Source: an uncultured Candidatus Saccharibacteria bacterium
Lineage (GTDB): Bacteria; Patescibacteriota; Minisyncoccia; Phycocordibacterales; VMEP01
Assembly: GCA_964579635.1 (NCBI GenBank)
Contig: CAZOFV010000003.1
Location: forward strand, 2,768 to 66,767
Length of the DNA stretch: 64,000 bases
Reading direction: 5' to 3'
Both the position numbers and the translations under genes were made by a program. Shown here one piece after another: positions 1-9,259 of this stretch; position 1 is the stretch's first letter, and each line of letters begins with the position of its first letter. The notes beneath the pieces are model-generated. The model saw only the letters and a list, made by a program, of their open reading frames with translations, was not told the origin of the DNA and searched no databases.

Positions 1-1
1 T

Positions 2-826
2 GTAAATTTCGTTTTCGATTTCTGAGACCTTGCCATCTTCGTGATCAAGTCTGATATCTCCAGTGTGGACGATATCGCCATAAGGAGTTTCTATTATTAT
101 TCCCATTGAGTCGGGGATAGCGTGAGTAACAGCAAAGAATGAGATATTTGTATTCCCAATTTTTGTTCTTTCTCCACTTTCAACTATGCGAAAATCAATA
201 GCAGGAGCATGAGGAAATTCCTCCTGTCGTTTCTTAATCATAAGAGAGGTAAAGCTTCTTGTGTAAAGAGGGGGATTACCAATTTTTTCCATGATATAAG
301 GAATAGCCCCAATGTGGTCTAGGTGTCCATGTGTAATCAAAACTGCACGAATTTTACCTTTGTTTTCTTCAAGGTATTTAGTGTTTGGAAGAATATAATC
401 AATACCAGGAGTGTCATCTTCGCTAAACTGGAACCCCATATCAACAACGAAAATATCATCGCCGATTTCAAAGGCTGTCATGTTTTTACCAATTTCTTCA
501 ACTCCACCAAGTGGAATTATTCGGATGTTTTCAATACCAAGTTCTGGAATTTTGTGAACAGTAGTATCTCTTGGTGGATAAGAGGTTGCCCTTGGTGGTC
601 GCCCTCCTCCGTGTTGACGGCGGTGTGTGCTTGTACTGCCATGTCCACTACGTGTTGGCGTGCGTCCTCCTTGTGCGCTAGTGAAGCGTGGCTTACTAAC
701 TGCTGGGCGAGCAGATATATTTCCAGTACTTGTCCCGCTCTGTAGGTTTGGGAAAGTTCTGGTAACACGTCGAGCCGGTGCTTTAATAGGTCCTTTTCCT
801 TCTGGTTTGTCTGTTTTTTCAGTCAT
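2..826 (-). CDS. rnj: Ribonuclease J, N-terminal part (runs off window start)
   Basis: Manual translation from ATG at 826: MTEKTDK...IRIIPLGGVEEIGKNMTAFE...DMGFQF...PGIDYILPN...ITHGHLDHIGAIPY, the RNase J metallo-beta-lactamase motifs; not in the ORF track because it is truncated. Confidence 0.93.
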   Translation of the reverse strand, partial: MTEKTDKPEGKGPIKAPARRVTRTFPNLQSGTSTGNISARPAVSKPRFTSAQGGRTPTRSGHGSTSTHRRQHGGGRPPRATSYPPRDTTVHKIPELGIENIRIIPLGGVEEIGKNMTAFEIGDDIFVVDMGFQFSEDDTPGIDYILPNTKYLEENKGKIRAVLITHGHLDHIGAIPYIMEKIGNPPLYTRSFTSLMIKKRQEEFPHAPAIDFRIVESGERTKIGNTNISFFAVTHAIPDSMGIIIETPYGDIVHTGDIRLDHEDGKVSEIENEIY

Positions 827-848
827 TTTTTTAATTAATTATTTTTTA

Positions 849-2645
849 TTAGATAATGTTTTCTTCGTCGGCAAAAATTTTCCAAACGTTTTCTGTTTTT
901 AAATACCATTTGTAAACTAATACAAATCTTTCAGATGTTATTGTTGTTTCTCCGAAATCAACTCCTTTTAAATTCTTACCTAGGACGTATATAAAATCTG
1001 GTGAATAAAGGAACGTCGCTGGGACATCATCTGATATTTCACTTTCAAACAAACGGTAATTTTCTTGTCGCTTTTTTTCGTCAACAATTGTTCTCGCTGA
1101 TTCAAGTAATTTGTCTACAGTTGAGTTTGCATACATCGCTATATTCAATCCAGGGTCGTTTCTTTGAGATGAATGCCAGAACGCGTATGGGTCTGAATTC
1201 TGTCTTATTATTTCTCCAAATAAAAGAGCATCATATTTTCTTGGGCGAATTATGTTTTGATTCAAGTCCCCGGATTCAAAGATTCTAATTTCAACATTTG
1301 CCCCAAGTTTTTCCCATTGTTTTTCAACCAATAACGCAGCGGCTTTTAGTTCTGGAGTATCTGCTGTTGTTATCGAAAAAGATAGGGGAGTAACAACTTT
1401 TTTAACGGTTTTCTCAAGAACTTTTTTCTCCTCGTTCCATTTCCACCCAGCTTTTTCGAGGGAAGCCCTTGCCTCTGCTACTTTTTTGTCTTGGTCGCCT
1501 GGTTCGTTGCTTTGGTAGACTGGCACATAATCTTTACCTGTTTTTGGTATCGGGCTATATGCTGGTACCCCATATCCATAAAGAACCGAATCAATAATTT
1601 CTTTTCGGTCTATTGCGTTGTTTAAGGCTCGTCTTACAACTATGTCGGAAAGTGCTGGTGATTGGTTTTGGTTGAAAAAGACACCAAAAATTCTGGGAAG
1701 GGGAGTTGTGATTATTTGGAAATCTTTGGAAATATCTTTAGCGTATTCTGGCGCTATCGCATTTATATTATCAACATCTTTGTTTTTTAAAGCCTGAACC
1801 AATTCTTTTTCGTTGGCATAAAAACGAACCACGATTGTGTCTATATATGGTTTACCAAGGGCAAACTTTTTAAAAGAATTTAGTTTGTAGTAAACAGGTA
1901 TTCCAGAAGAATCTTTTTTTATTGATTCAACTTTATATGGGCCAGAACCAACTCCGTTTGTATTGAAGTCGCTTAGCCCCATTTGTTCAGAACTTATATT
2001 TTTCCAAATATGTTTCGGCAATATTCCTATTGTGGCGTTTTCAAGAAACGGTGCGTATGGTTGTTTTAAAATAAAACGTATTTTCTTGTCGTCTATTTTT
2101 TGTATAGTGACACCTTCCCAGTTTAAGCGTTTTGGGCTTTTTAATATTTGGTCTTGTGCTTTTTCGATTGTGAATAGGACATCGTCTGTTGTTAATGGCT
2201 TACCATCGTGAAAAACTAAATTGTCTTTTAGTGTGAACGTGTAAGAAAGTCCATCGTTTGATACTTCGTAATTTGACGCAAGGTCGGGCGTAATCTCTCC
2301 GTCTGGTAATTTACGAAGAAGTCCTGAATAAACTAATTCCGTTATATCTCTGTCGGCGTCTGATATTGCAAGAACTGGGTTGATTAGTCTTGGTGTGCCA
2401 ATGATTCCTTCTGTTAGTGTTCCACCATAAGTAGGTACTTTTACTTTAAAATTTTGATTAACTGATTGGATAAACCAAAGAAAACTAATAACAAATAGCC
2501 CAGTGAGTATTAGTAGAACCCTCTTTTTTTTATACGAAAAAGAGCCGATTGCTCGGATTACTTCTTTTTTTGAAGGGATATTGCTTCCCTTTATACTATT
2601 CTCTTCGTTCACTAGAGTTATTTTTTTGTTTAATTTAATAGCCAA
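849..2645 (-). CDS. ABC transporter substrate-binding protein, family 5 (OppA/DppA-like), membrane anchored
   Basis: N-terminal TM helix; PDLA..YEVSNDGLSYTFTLK..FHDGKPLTTDDVLFT and GSGPYK motifs. Confidence 0.88.
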   Translation of the reverse strand: MAIKLNKKITLVNEENSIKGSNIPSKKEVIRAIGSFSYKKKRVLLILTGLFVISFLWFIQSVNQNFKVKVPTYGGTLTEGIIGTPRLINPVLAISDADRDITELVYSGLLRKLPDGEITPDLASNYEVSNDGLSYTFTLKDNLVFHDGKPLTTDDVLFTIEKAQDQILKSPKRLNWEGVTIQKIDDKKIRFILKQPYAPFLENATIGILPKHIWKNISSEQMGLSDFNTNGVGSGPYKVESIKKDSSGIPVYYKLNSFKKFALGKPYIDTIVVRFYANEKELVQALKNKDVDNINAIAPEYAKDISKDFQIITTPLPRIFGVFFNQNQSPALSDIVVRRALNNAIDRKEIIDSVLYGYGVPAYSPIPKTGKDYVPVYQSNEPGDQDKKVAEARASLEKAGWKWNEEKKVLEKTVKKVVTPLSFSITTADTPELKAAALLVEKQWEKLGANVEIRIFESGDLNQNIIRPRKYDALLFGEIIRQNSDPYAFWHSSQRNDPGLNIAMYANSTVDKLLESARTIVDEKKRQENYRLFESEISDDVPATFLYSPDFIYVLGKNLKGVDFGETTITSERFVLVYKWYLKTENVWKIFADEENII

Positions 2646-2687
2646 TCGGCCTGTATGTAGAATTAATACAGTTTGGCTTTTGGAGCT

Positions 2688-2921
2688 TTATCGGACGACG
2701 AGAGCAAGAAAAGAAGAGACAGCAAACAAAAGGGCGATTATTATCGTTGCATTAAAGAGTATTTTTTCTACTCCTCTTTTGCTGTTTTGCCAGCTTGATC
2801 CTTCTCCTCCACCTAAGGCCCCGCCTGTGTCAGTACCGGACTGCTGAAGCAGTATTGCGGTAATGAGTAGAGCGGAAAGCGCAACTTGGACCCACGGTAG
2901 GGTAGTAGCGATAAGTTCCAT
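2688..2921 (-). CDS. secG: Preprotein translocase subunit SecG
   Basis: Two TM helices flanking ILLQQ..GGALGGG..KRGVEKIL; ATG at 2921 preferred. Confidence 0.9.
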   Translation of the reverse strand: MELIATTLPWVQVALSALLITAILLQQSGTDTGGALGGGEGSSWQNSKRGVEKILFNATIIIALLFAVSSFLALVVR

Positions 2922-2993
2922 ATGTGAAAACTCTACCAAAGGGTGGTAAAAAATGCAAATGTTTCTTTTTGTATACGGGGATGAGAATCAGTT

Positions 2994-3022
2994 TTGACAG
3001 CTATATACAAATGAAATATTAT
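2994..3022 (+). promoter_or_regulatory. sigma70-type promoter of groES-groEL
   Basis: TTGACA (2994-2999), 17-bp spacer, TATTAT (3017-3022). Confidence 0.6.
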
Positions 3023-3110
3023 ATTGCCGTATTTGTTATAAAGTAGTGTATGATTGTTGTTTCAAGGGCTTCTATTAATTAATTCATTTTATTAATAACT
3101 AAACAAAAAT

Positions 3111-3419
3111 ATGAAAAAAGAAACAAAAATTATTCCACTCGGAGACAGAGTTTTAGTTAAACCATTCACTAAAGAAGACGCCAAAAAAACTAAAAGCGGA
3201 ATTATTATTCCGGAAACAGTTGATCAAGAAAGACCAGAGCAGGGGAAAGTTATAGCTGTTGGTGAGGGTCGTATGAATAATGAAGGAAAAATTTTACCAA
3301 TGAAGGTTAAGGTTGGAGATATGGTTATCTTTTCTAAATACGGACCAGATGAAGTAAAGGTTGAGGGAGATGAATACTTCATGTTAAAAGAAGAAAATAT
3401 TTTAGCGATTATCAAATAA
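3111..3419 (+). CDS. groES: Co-chaperonin GroES
   Basis: IIPLGDRVLVK, TKSGIIIP, GKVIAVGEG, KVKVGD.VIFSKY. Confidence 0.98.
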   Translation: MKKETKIIPLGDRVLVKPFTKEDAKKTKSGIIIPETVDQERPEQGKVIAVGEGRMNNEGKILPMKVKVGDMVIFSKYGPDEVKVEGDEYFMLKEENILAIIK

Positions 3420-3431
3420 TTTTTTTAAAAT

Positions 3432-5075
3432 ATGGCAAAACAAATAATTTTCAATGAGAATGCTCGTCAACTTTTAAAAAATGGAGTTGATAAGGTTGCA
3501 AACGCAGTAAAGATAACAATTGGTCCTCGTGGGCGAAATGTTGTTTTCGATAAGGGCTATGGCGCTCCAACAATCACAAACGATGGAGTTTCAATCGCAA
3601 AAGAAATTACTCTTTCTGATAAATTTGAAAACATGGGTGCGGAGATTGTGAAAGAGGTTGCAACTAAAACAAACGAAAACGCAGGGGATGGCACAACGAC
3701 AGCTGTCATTTTGACTCAAGCCATTGTTTCTGAAGGTATTAAACAAACAACCATGGGTGTGAACGCTATGGGAATTCGTTTGGGGATTGAAAGCGCGGCT
3801 GGGGAAGTAGTGCTTGCTTTGAAGAAGATTGGTAAGGAAATAAAAAGCAAAGAAGAAATAATGCAGGTGGCCTCTATATCTGCTGAATCTAAAGAGATTG
3901 GGAAAATCATTGCAGACACAATTGGTAAGGTTGGTAAAGACGGAGTTGTGACCGTTGAAGAATCACAGTCGTTTGGTATTGAGTCTGAAATAGTTGAAGG
4001 GATGCAATTTGATAAGGGATACGTCTCTCCTTATATGATAACCAACGGCGATAGAATGGAGGCAGAATATAGAGATGCACCTATTTTTATTACCGACAAA
4101 AAGATTTCAAGCATAAAGGAAATTTTACCGTTGCTTGAAAAACTCGCTCAAACCGGCAAGAAGGAAATCGTTATTATTGCTGATGATGTAGACGGTGAAG
4201 CTTTGGCCACTTTTGTGGTTAATAAAATCCGCGGGGCTTTTTCAGTGCTTGCTATTAAGGCACCGGGATTTGGAGATAGAAAAAAAGAGCTACTTCAAGA
4301 TATTGCTGTTTTGACCGGAGCAAAAGTTGTTTCCGACGAGCTTGGTATTAAACTTGAAAATGTTGATGTTTCTGTTTTGGGTCATGCTAATAAAATAATT
4401 TCCACAAAAGACAGCACAACTATTGTTGGTGGAAAGGGGAAGAAAGCAGATATTGATGCGAGAGTATCTCAATTGAAAAAAATTCGCGAAAAAACAGAAT
4501 CTAAGTTTGATGTTGAGAAAATTGAAGAACGACTCGCAAAATTAACTGGCGGAGTTGCTGTTATAAAAGTTGGAGCAGCGACAGAGACAGAGATGAAATA
4601 TTTAAAACTTAAAATAGAAGACGCGGTTAATGCGACAAAGGCTGCTGTTGAGGAGGGAATTGTCCCTGGTGGCGGAGTTGCTCTAATTAAGGCTGCAAAG
4701 TCTGTTGAAGCAACGTTAAAACATGCACCGGCATTTGCGAAAAGTTTTGAGTCTGAATTTATGGTTGGTGTTAGTATTCTTTTGAAAGCGCTTGAAGCGC
4801 CACTTCGTCAGATTGCAATAAACGCCGGGAAGGATGACGGTTCAGTTATTGTTGATAGAGTCAAAAACGCAAAAGGTTTTTCGGGGTATGACGCAGCAAA
4901 CGATGAAATAGTCCCCGACATGATTTTGGCTGGAATTATTGACCCACTAAAGGTGACAAGAAGTGGTGTGCAAAATGCTGCTTCAGCCGCCGCTGTTTTA
5001 CTTACGACCGAAGTCGCAATCGCTGATGAGCCAAAGGAGGAAAAAGAAACCCCTGCGCCAAGTGTGGGCTATTAA
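3432..5075 (+). CDS. groEL: Chaperonin GroEL
   Basis: TIGPRGRNVV, TITNDGVSIAKEI, AGDGTTTA, GMQFDKGY, EEGIVPGGG. Confidence 0.99.
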   Translation: MAKQIIFNENARQLLKNGVDKVANAVKITIGPRGRNVVFDKGYGAPTITNDGVSIAKEITLSDKFENMGAEIVKEVATKTNENAGDGTTTAVILTQAIVSEGIKQTTMGVNAMGIRLGIESAAGEVVLALKKIGKEIKSKEEIMQVASISAESKEIGKIIADTIGKVGKDGVVTVEESQSFGIESEIVEGMQFDKGYVSPYMITNGDRMEAEYRDAPIFITDKKISSIKEILPLLEKLAQTGKKEIVIIADDVDGEALATFVVNKIRGAFSVLAIKAPGFGDRKKELLQDIAVLTGAKVVSDELGIKLENVDVSVLGHANKIISTKDSTTIVGGKGKKADIDARVSQLKKIREKTESKFDVEKIEERLAKLTGGVAVIKVGAATETEMKYLKLKIEDAVNATKAAVEEGIVPGGGVALIKAAKSVEATLKHAPAFAKSFESEFMVGVSILLKALEAPLRQIAINAGKDDGSVIVDRVKNAKGFSGYDAANDEIVPDMILAGIIDPLKVTRSGVQNAASAAAVLLTTEVAIADEPKEEKETPAPSVGY

Positions 5076-5103
5076 ACAACAGCTAGCTTTTAGGTAAATA
5101 AAA

Positions 5104-5139
5104 AACAAAAAAACTCCAAATAAAACGGAGTTTTTTGTT
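5104..5139 (+). terminator. Intrinsic terminator after groEL
   Basis: AACAAAAAAACTCC...GGAGTTTTTTGTT inverted repeat. Confidence 0.7.
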
Positions 5140-5206
5140 GCTTGATTTTGGGTGTGGTCCTGTCATAATTCTTTCATTATAGTTTAATTTTTTTCACACT
5201 AAATTT

Positions 5207-5758
5207 ATGGAAATATTTTTAATAGCTGTTGCAGTTGTTGTCGCTTGGGGGATATTCGCTTATAACGGTTTTGTTGCTTTGGTTAACCGCACAAAAGAAG
5301 CATGGTCTGATATTGATGTTCAATTGAAACGTCGCTATGACCTTATTCCTAATTTAGTAAACACTGTTAAAGGTTATGCTACTCATGAAAGTTCTGCCTT
5401 TGAAAAAGTATCTGATGCCCGCGCGAAAGCTATGGGTGCAGGTGGTGTTGCCGATAAGGCGGCAGCAGAAAATATGCTTTCCGGTGCATTGAAATCAATT
5501 TTCGCAATAGCGGAAGCGTATCCAGAACTTAAAGCAAATCAGAATTTTCTTGCTCTTCAGAATGAATTAGCAGACACAGAAAACAAAATTCAAGCAGCAC
5601 GAAGGTTCTATAATATGAATGCTCGTGACTTATCAATCGGAATTGAATCATTTCCGGGAAATCTTATTGCTTCAATTTTTCATTTCGGAAAAATGGAATT
5701 CTTTGAACTAGATGAGGCTGAGGCTAGTGCCCGCAATCCAGTTGAAGTAAAGTTCTAG
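5207..5758 (+). CDS. lemA: LemA family protein
   Basis: AWSDIDVQLKRRYDLIPNLVNTVKGYA, EAYPELKANQNF, ENKIQAARRFYN. Confidence 0.96.
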   Translation: MEIFLIAVAVVVAWGIFAYNGFVALVNRTKEAWSDIDVQLKRRYDLIPNLVNTVKGYATHESSAFEKVSDARAKAMGAGGVADKAAAENMLSGALKSIFAIAEAYPELKANQNFLALQNELADTENKIQAARRFYNMNARDLSIGIESFPGNLIASIFHFGKMEFFELDEAEASARNPVEVKF

Positions 5759-5816
5759 ATTTTTTGTTTTTCTTTTGTAAAAATATTTTAACCTAATTTA
5801 CTAACCTATTATTTTA

Positions 5817-6716
5817 ATGACCAATCCATATACTCATCAAACTCAAAATATATTGAAGACTTGGTTTATCATGACCGTGTTTTTTGCTGTGGTGATTGGT
5901 GTGGGGTGGTTTGCTAGTTTGTATTTTGGAAATCAAAGTATTTTGTATATCGCTATTGCTTTCAGTATTGGAATGAATATCACAAGCTATTGGTTTTCAG
6001 ATAAGATAGTTCTTTCGATGACGGGAGCAAGAGAGGCAACGAGGGCTGAATTTTTCAACCTTTATACAACAGTAGAAAATCTCTCAATTACAGCAGGTCT
6101 CCCGATGCCAAAACTTTACGTGATTGACGATCAGGCGCCGAATGCTTTTGCGACAGGAAGGAATAAAGAACATTCAGTTGTTGCAGTGACAACGGGTCTT
6201 TTGCAGATTCTTGATAAAAATGAACTTGAGGGCGTGATAGCTCATGAACTCTCACATATTGGTAACAAGGATATGTTGGTCTCCACTGTTGCTGTTGTGC
6301 TTGTTGGTTTCGTCACTATTATTTCCGATATGGCGATACGAGCATCTTTTTTTGGTGGCAACAATGACCGTGATAATAAAACAAGCGCAGTGATTATGGC
6401 CATAGGGATTGTTTTAATGATCCTTGCTCCAATTGCCGCAACACTTCTTCAGCTTGCTATTTCTCGCAAACGGGAGTTTTTAGCAGATGCTTCAGGAGTG
6501 CTTTTAACTAGATACCCAGAGGGCCTTGCAAATGCGCTTAAGAAAATTGGGGGATATAGCCGTCCAATGATTAAGGCTAATAACGCGACCGCCCATCTTT
6601 TTATTTCAAACCCATTTGGTTCCAGTGAGGTATCTAATGACAAGATTCCTTTCTTAGTAAAAATTTTTTCAACACATCCACCAATAAATGAACGTGTTAA
6701 GTCTTTGGTAGGGTAG
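5817..6716 (+). CDS. htpX: Zinc metalloprotease HtpX (M48)
   Basis: PNAFATG, HELSH, ISRKREFLAD, STHPP; follows lemA. Confidence 0.95.
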   Translation: MTNPYTHQTQNILKTWFIMTVFFAVVIGVGWFASLYFGNQSILYIAIAFSIGMNITSYWFSDKIVLSMTGAREATRAEFFNLYTTVENLSITAGLPMPKLYVIDDQAPNAFATGRNKEHSVVAVTTGLLQILDKNELEGVIAHELSHIGNKDMLVSTVAVVLVGFVTIISDMAIRASFFGGNNDRDNKTSAVIMAIGIVLMILAPIAATLLQLAISRKREFLADASGVLLTRYPEGLANALKKIGGYSRPMIKANNATAHLFISNPFGSSEVSNDKIPFLVKIFSTHPPINERVKSLVG

Positions 6717-6728
6717 AATGACTATTAC

Positions 6729-7349
6729 ATGTTTATTTTTAAAATAAAAAGTTCTCTCTGGAGTGAAATAACAGAAACAAAAGTAAAGGTTGGTATCAAA
6801 GATAGAGCGATAAGTTTTATTTTTGAACCACTCCTTCCTTCTTTTGTTGTTCCAAATCATATTACCGTTTTTCGTTTTATTTCCATTCCATTTGTTACTT
6901 TTCTTTTGTTTTTCGAGTATTACGCAACAGGCTTCGCCTTGTTTGCTGTATCGGCTTTTAGTGATGCTCTTGATGGCGCTATTGCGCGTACTCGCGGGCA
7001 AGTTACAGATTGGGGAAAATTGTTTGACCCACTCGCCGATAAACTTTTAATCGGTATTTCTGGTTTTATTTTGGTCTCGCGTTTTTTGTCGCCAATTATT
7101 ATTACTACGGTGATCTTAATTGAAGTACTTCTTATTTTAAATGCTTACTACCGCAAAAAATTTCGAGGGGAAGTTGTTGAGGCACGTGGGGTAGGAAAAA
7201 TAAAAATGGTTTGTCAGTCTTTTGGAGTAGGTCTATTGGGGATTTACGCTATCTCTCAAATACCAATTCTTCTTTTTGTTTCGTTGTTATTTTTCTATAT
7301 CGGTATAGTTCTCGCGCTTATAAGTCTTTTTGTTTATCGGTCAATTTAG
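6729..7349 (+). CDS. CDP-alcohol phosphatidyltransferase (PgsA-like)
   Basis: PNHIT..R; DALDGAIAR..GQVTDWGKLFDPLADK signature. Confidence 0.9.
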   Translation: MFIFKIKSSLWSEITETKVKVGIKDRAISFIFEPLLPSFVVPNHITVFRFISIPFVTFLLFFEYYATGFALFAVSAFSDALDGAIARTRGQVTDWGKLFDPLADKLLIGISGFILVSRFLSPIIITTVILIEVLLILNAYYRKKFRGEVVEARGVGKIKMVCQSFGVGLLGIYAISQIPILLFVSLLFFYIGIVLALISLFVYRSI

Positions 7350-7390
7350 TTTTGCGTTATTAGTTTTTTTCTGCAACAATGCTTTTTCAC

Positions 7391-7464
7391 GGAGGTGTCG
7401 CATAGCTAGGTCCCCGCCCGTACCGAACGGTACGTTCGGGCGGGTAGTGCGCAGACCTGGAAAG
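7391..7464 (+). pseudogene. Degenerate 5' half of tRNA-Ser interrupted by a 32-bp palindromic insert
   Basis: GGAGGTGTCGCATAGC..GGTC[insert]TAGTGCGCAGACCTGGAAAG matches the 5' half of the tRNA at 7506. Confidence 0.8.
7413..7444. repeat. GC-rich REP-like palindrome
   Basis: CCCGCCCG-TACCGAACGGTACGTT-CGGGCGGG: 8-bp outer stem plus inner GTACC/GGTAC stem. Confidence 0.75.
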
Positions 7465-7505
7465 CCCGCTTTCTTTTAGTAGTTGTTTGTAGATTAATTA
7501 AATAT

Positions 7506-7590
7506 GGAGGCGTCGCATAGCGGTCTAGTGCGCAGACCTGGAAAGTCTGTGTGGGGCAACCCACCGAGAGTTCGAATCTCTCCGCCTCCG
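7506..7590 (+). tRNA. tRNA-Ser (GGA)
   Basis: Acceptor GGAGGCG/CGCCTCC, anticodon arm CAGAC-CTGGAAA-GTCTG, long variable arm GTGGG-GCAA-CCCAC, T-loop TTCGAAT, discriminator G; CCA not encoded. Confidence 0.96.
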
Positions 7591-7806
7591 CAGTTTTGAA
7601 ACGCAGTGAAAAACTGCGGAGGCGAGCAATGTGTCTGCACACATTGCGTGAGAGATTCGAACGCCGGAGCGATATTTTTGTAGCAACAAAAATCGCGAGG
7701 CGCGGCTAGCAAAAATTTTGTGACGACAAAATTTTATGCGGAGCCGAATCTCTCCGCCGAATCAGAGTGTTCGGCGAATAAAATATTCGTAACCGAATCT
7801 CTCCGC
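7591..7806 (+). repeat. Hairpin-rich trailer with antisense and direct copies of the tRNA-Ser 3' end
   Basis: GCGGAGGCG (7616-7624) plus GAGAGATTCGAAC (7660-7672) are the reverse complement of the tRNA 3' end; CGAATCTCTCCGC repeated at 7745 and 7794. Confidence 0.75.
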
Positions 7807-7887
7807 GCCAAAAATCTAATATAAATAAGGCTAAATATACATAAAAACACGTGAATTTGTTATAATTCACGTTAATATATAAGTCTT

Positions 7888-8391
7888 ATGATTTCTGAGA
7901 ATTTAATTAAAGACAAAAAAGGTTTTACCCTCATCGAGCTTCTTGTTGTTATTTCTATCATCGGCATTTTGTCTTCCATTGTAATTTCAACGTTGAACAC
8001 AGCGAGAGTGAAGGCTCGTGACACAAGAAGATTAGCGGACATGAATCAACTAGTTAAGGCAATAGAGATGTATCATACTGATAACGGATTTTATCCTGCG
8101 TGCGGTGTTGCAGATTATTGTAACTCTACTGCTTCCGGAGGTTATGTGAATTTAAATACTTTAGACGTAAAACCAAATTATCTTAGCGCTACACCAGTTG
8201 ATCCAACAAACATCGCTGCTCAATATGGTTATTATTATGCGAGAAGATATAAACCAACTGGAAGTACTCCACCATACATATATACTGGTAGTGATCAAAA
8301 TTATATAGTTGGAACTAGGTTAGAAAATAGTTCCAACCCTGTATACTCAGGTTGGGATAATCCAAATATTAATCTTTACAAAGGTCAGTAA
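7888..8391 (+). CDS. Type IV pilin / GspG-like pseudopilin
   Basis: Class III signal KKG|FTLIELLVVISIIGILSSI, then ARVKARDTRRLADM. Confidence 0.92.
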   Translation: MISENLIKDKKGFTLIELLVVISIIGILSSIVISTLNTARVKARDTRRLADMNQLVKAIEMYHTDNGFYPACGVADYCNSTASGGYVNLNTLDVKPNYLSATPVDPTNIAAQYGYYYARRYKPTGSTPPYIYTGSDQNYIVGTRLENSSNPVYSGWDNPNINLYKGQ

Positions 8392-8415
8392 CATTTAAAA
8401 TTAAAAAATAATAAA

Positions 8416-8970
8416 ATGAATTTCAAAAAAATAAATTGCTCAATCTGTGGTTTGATTCCAAAATGGTTACGCTTTGTTGTCGCTTTCGTTGGTTTGCTTT
8501 TAATACTTTCTTATCTGGGAAATTCCACAAGAACAGAAAAGTTTTTTTCAGAAGATAAAGATAGTAAGTCTTTAAATCAAGCACCAACTTCCTTGGTGGG
8601 AGAAAATAAAAAAAATACCCAAGTTTCTATTGGTGACGCAACAATAAACGTTATTGTCGCTAGTACAGAAGAAGAGAGAACCATTGGTCTTTCTGGTCGT
8701 GATTCACTTTTACCAAACGAAGGTATGCTTTTTGTTTTTGAAGAACCAGATATCTACGGTTTTTGGATGGAAGGTATGAAATTCGCATTAGATATCATTT
8801 GGATTAACGAAAATAAAGAAATTATTTATGCAGAGGAAAATGTTTTACCAGAAACATACCCTGGTATTTTTCAACCAGCTTCTAATGCGACCTACGTATT
8901 AGAGGTTTCATCTGGATTTTTTTCAAAAAACAAACTTAAAGTTGCTGACAAAGTTAATTTCTCCATCTAA
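8416..8970 (+). CDS. DUF192 family protein
   Basis: TM anchor; ERTIGLSGR, GMLFVF, FWMEGMKFALDIIWI, YVLEV. Confidence 0.88.
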   Translation: MNFKKINCSICGLIPKWLRFVVAFVGLLLILSYLGNSTRTEKFFSEDKDSKSLNQAPTSLVGENKKNTQVSIGDATINVIVASTEEERTIGLSGRDSLLPNEGMLFVFEEPDIYGFWMEGMKFALDIIWINENKEIIYAEENVLPETYPGIFQPASNATYVLEVSSGFFSKNKLKVADKVNFSI

Positions 8971-9259
8971 TAGGTAGTTAATTTTCTGACTCTTTGGAAG
9001 AGATAGTAAAGGGCAGTTTTCTTTGAAAAGTTTGATATTTTTTTTGGGAAATTGTTTGTCATAAATAGAAAAGGGTATCTATTTAGCCTTAGTTTGAAGC
9101 GGTAAATTTGACGCGGGGTTTACAAGAAAGATTTTATGTTTTTGTTTATTAATTTTATGGCAATCCACAGTGCCGGTGGGATGAATTTACTGTAAAATGA
9201 ACTTTACAAGCTCGTGATGAGCTAATTTTTACCAGTTTTTTTAATTTTTTAATAAAAAT

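Noticed and set aside
323-902. Track ORFs 323..745, 517..768 and 627..902
   Set aside because: Shadows of rnj; the other short antisense or nested ORFs inside long genes are rejected for the same reason
2966-2984. TTTTTGTATACGGGGATGA resembling a right end of the element
   Set aside because: Needs gaps to align, no matching left end, and no gene starts at this ATG
2940-3110. CIRCE element upstream of groES
   Set aside because: TTAGCACTC-N9-GAGTGCTAA is not present
5030-5075. GroEL lacking the GGM tail as a sign of truncation
   Set aside because: Length is normal (547 aa), a terminator follows, and tail variation is common
7406-7712. Minus-strand ORFs 7406..7642 and 7494..7712
   Set aside because: Antisense to tRNA-Ser and its repeats; no protein features
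8971-9259. Cobalamin riboswitch or NrdR boxes upstream of nrdJ
   Set aside because: No recognisable B12-box or paired NrdR consensus; only short weak hairpins. An Rfam scan would settle it
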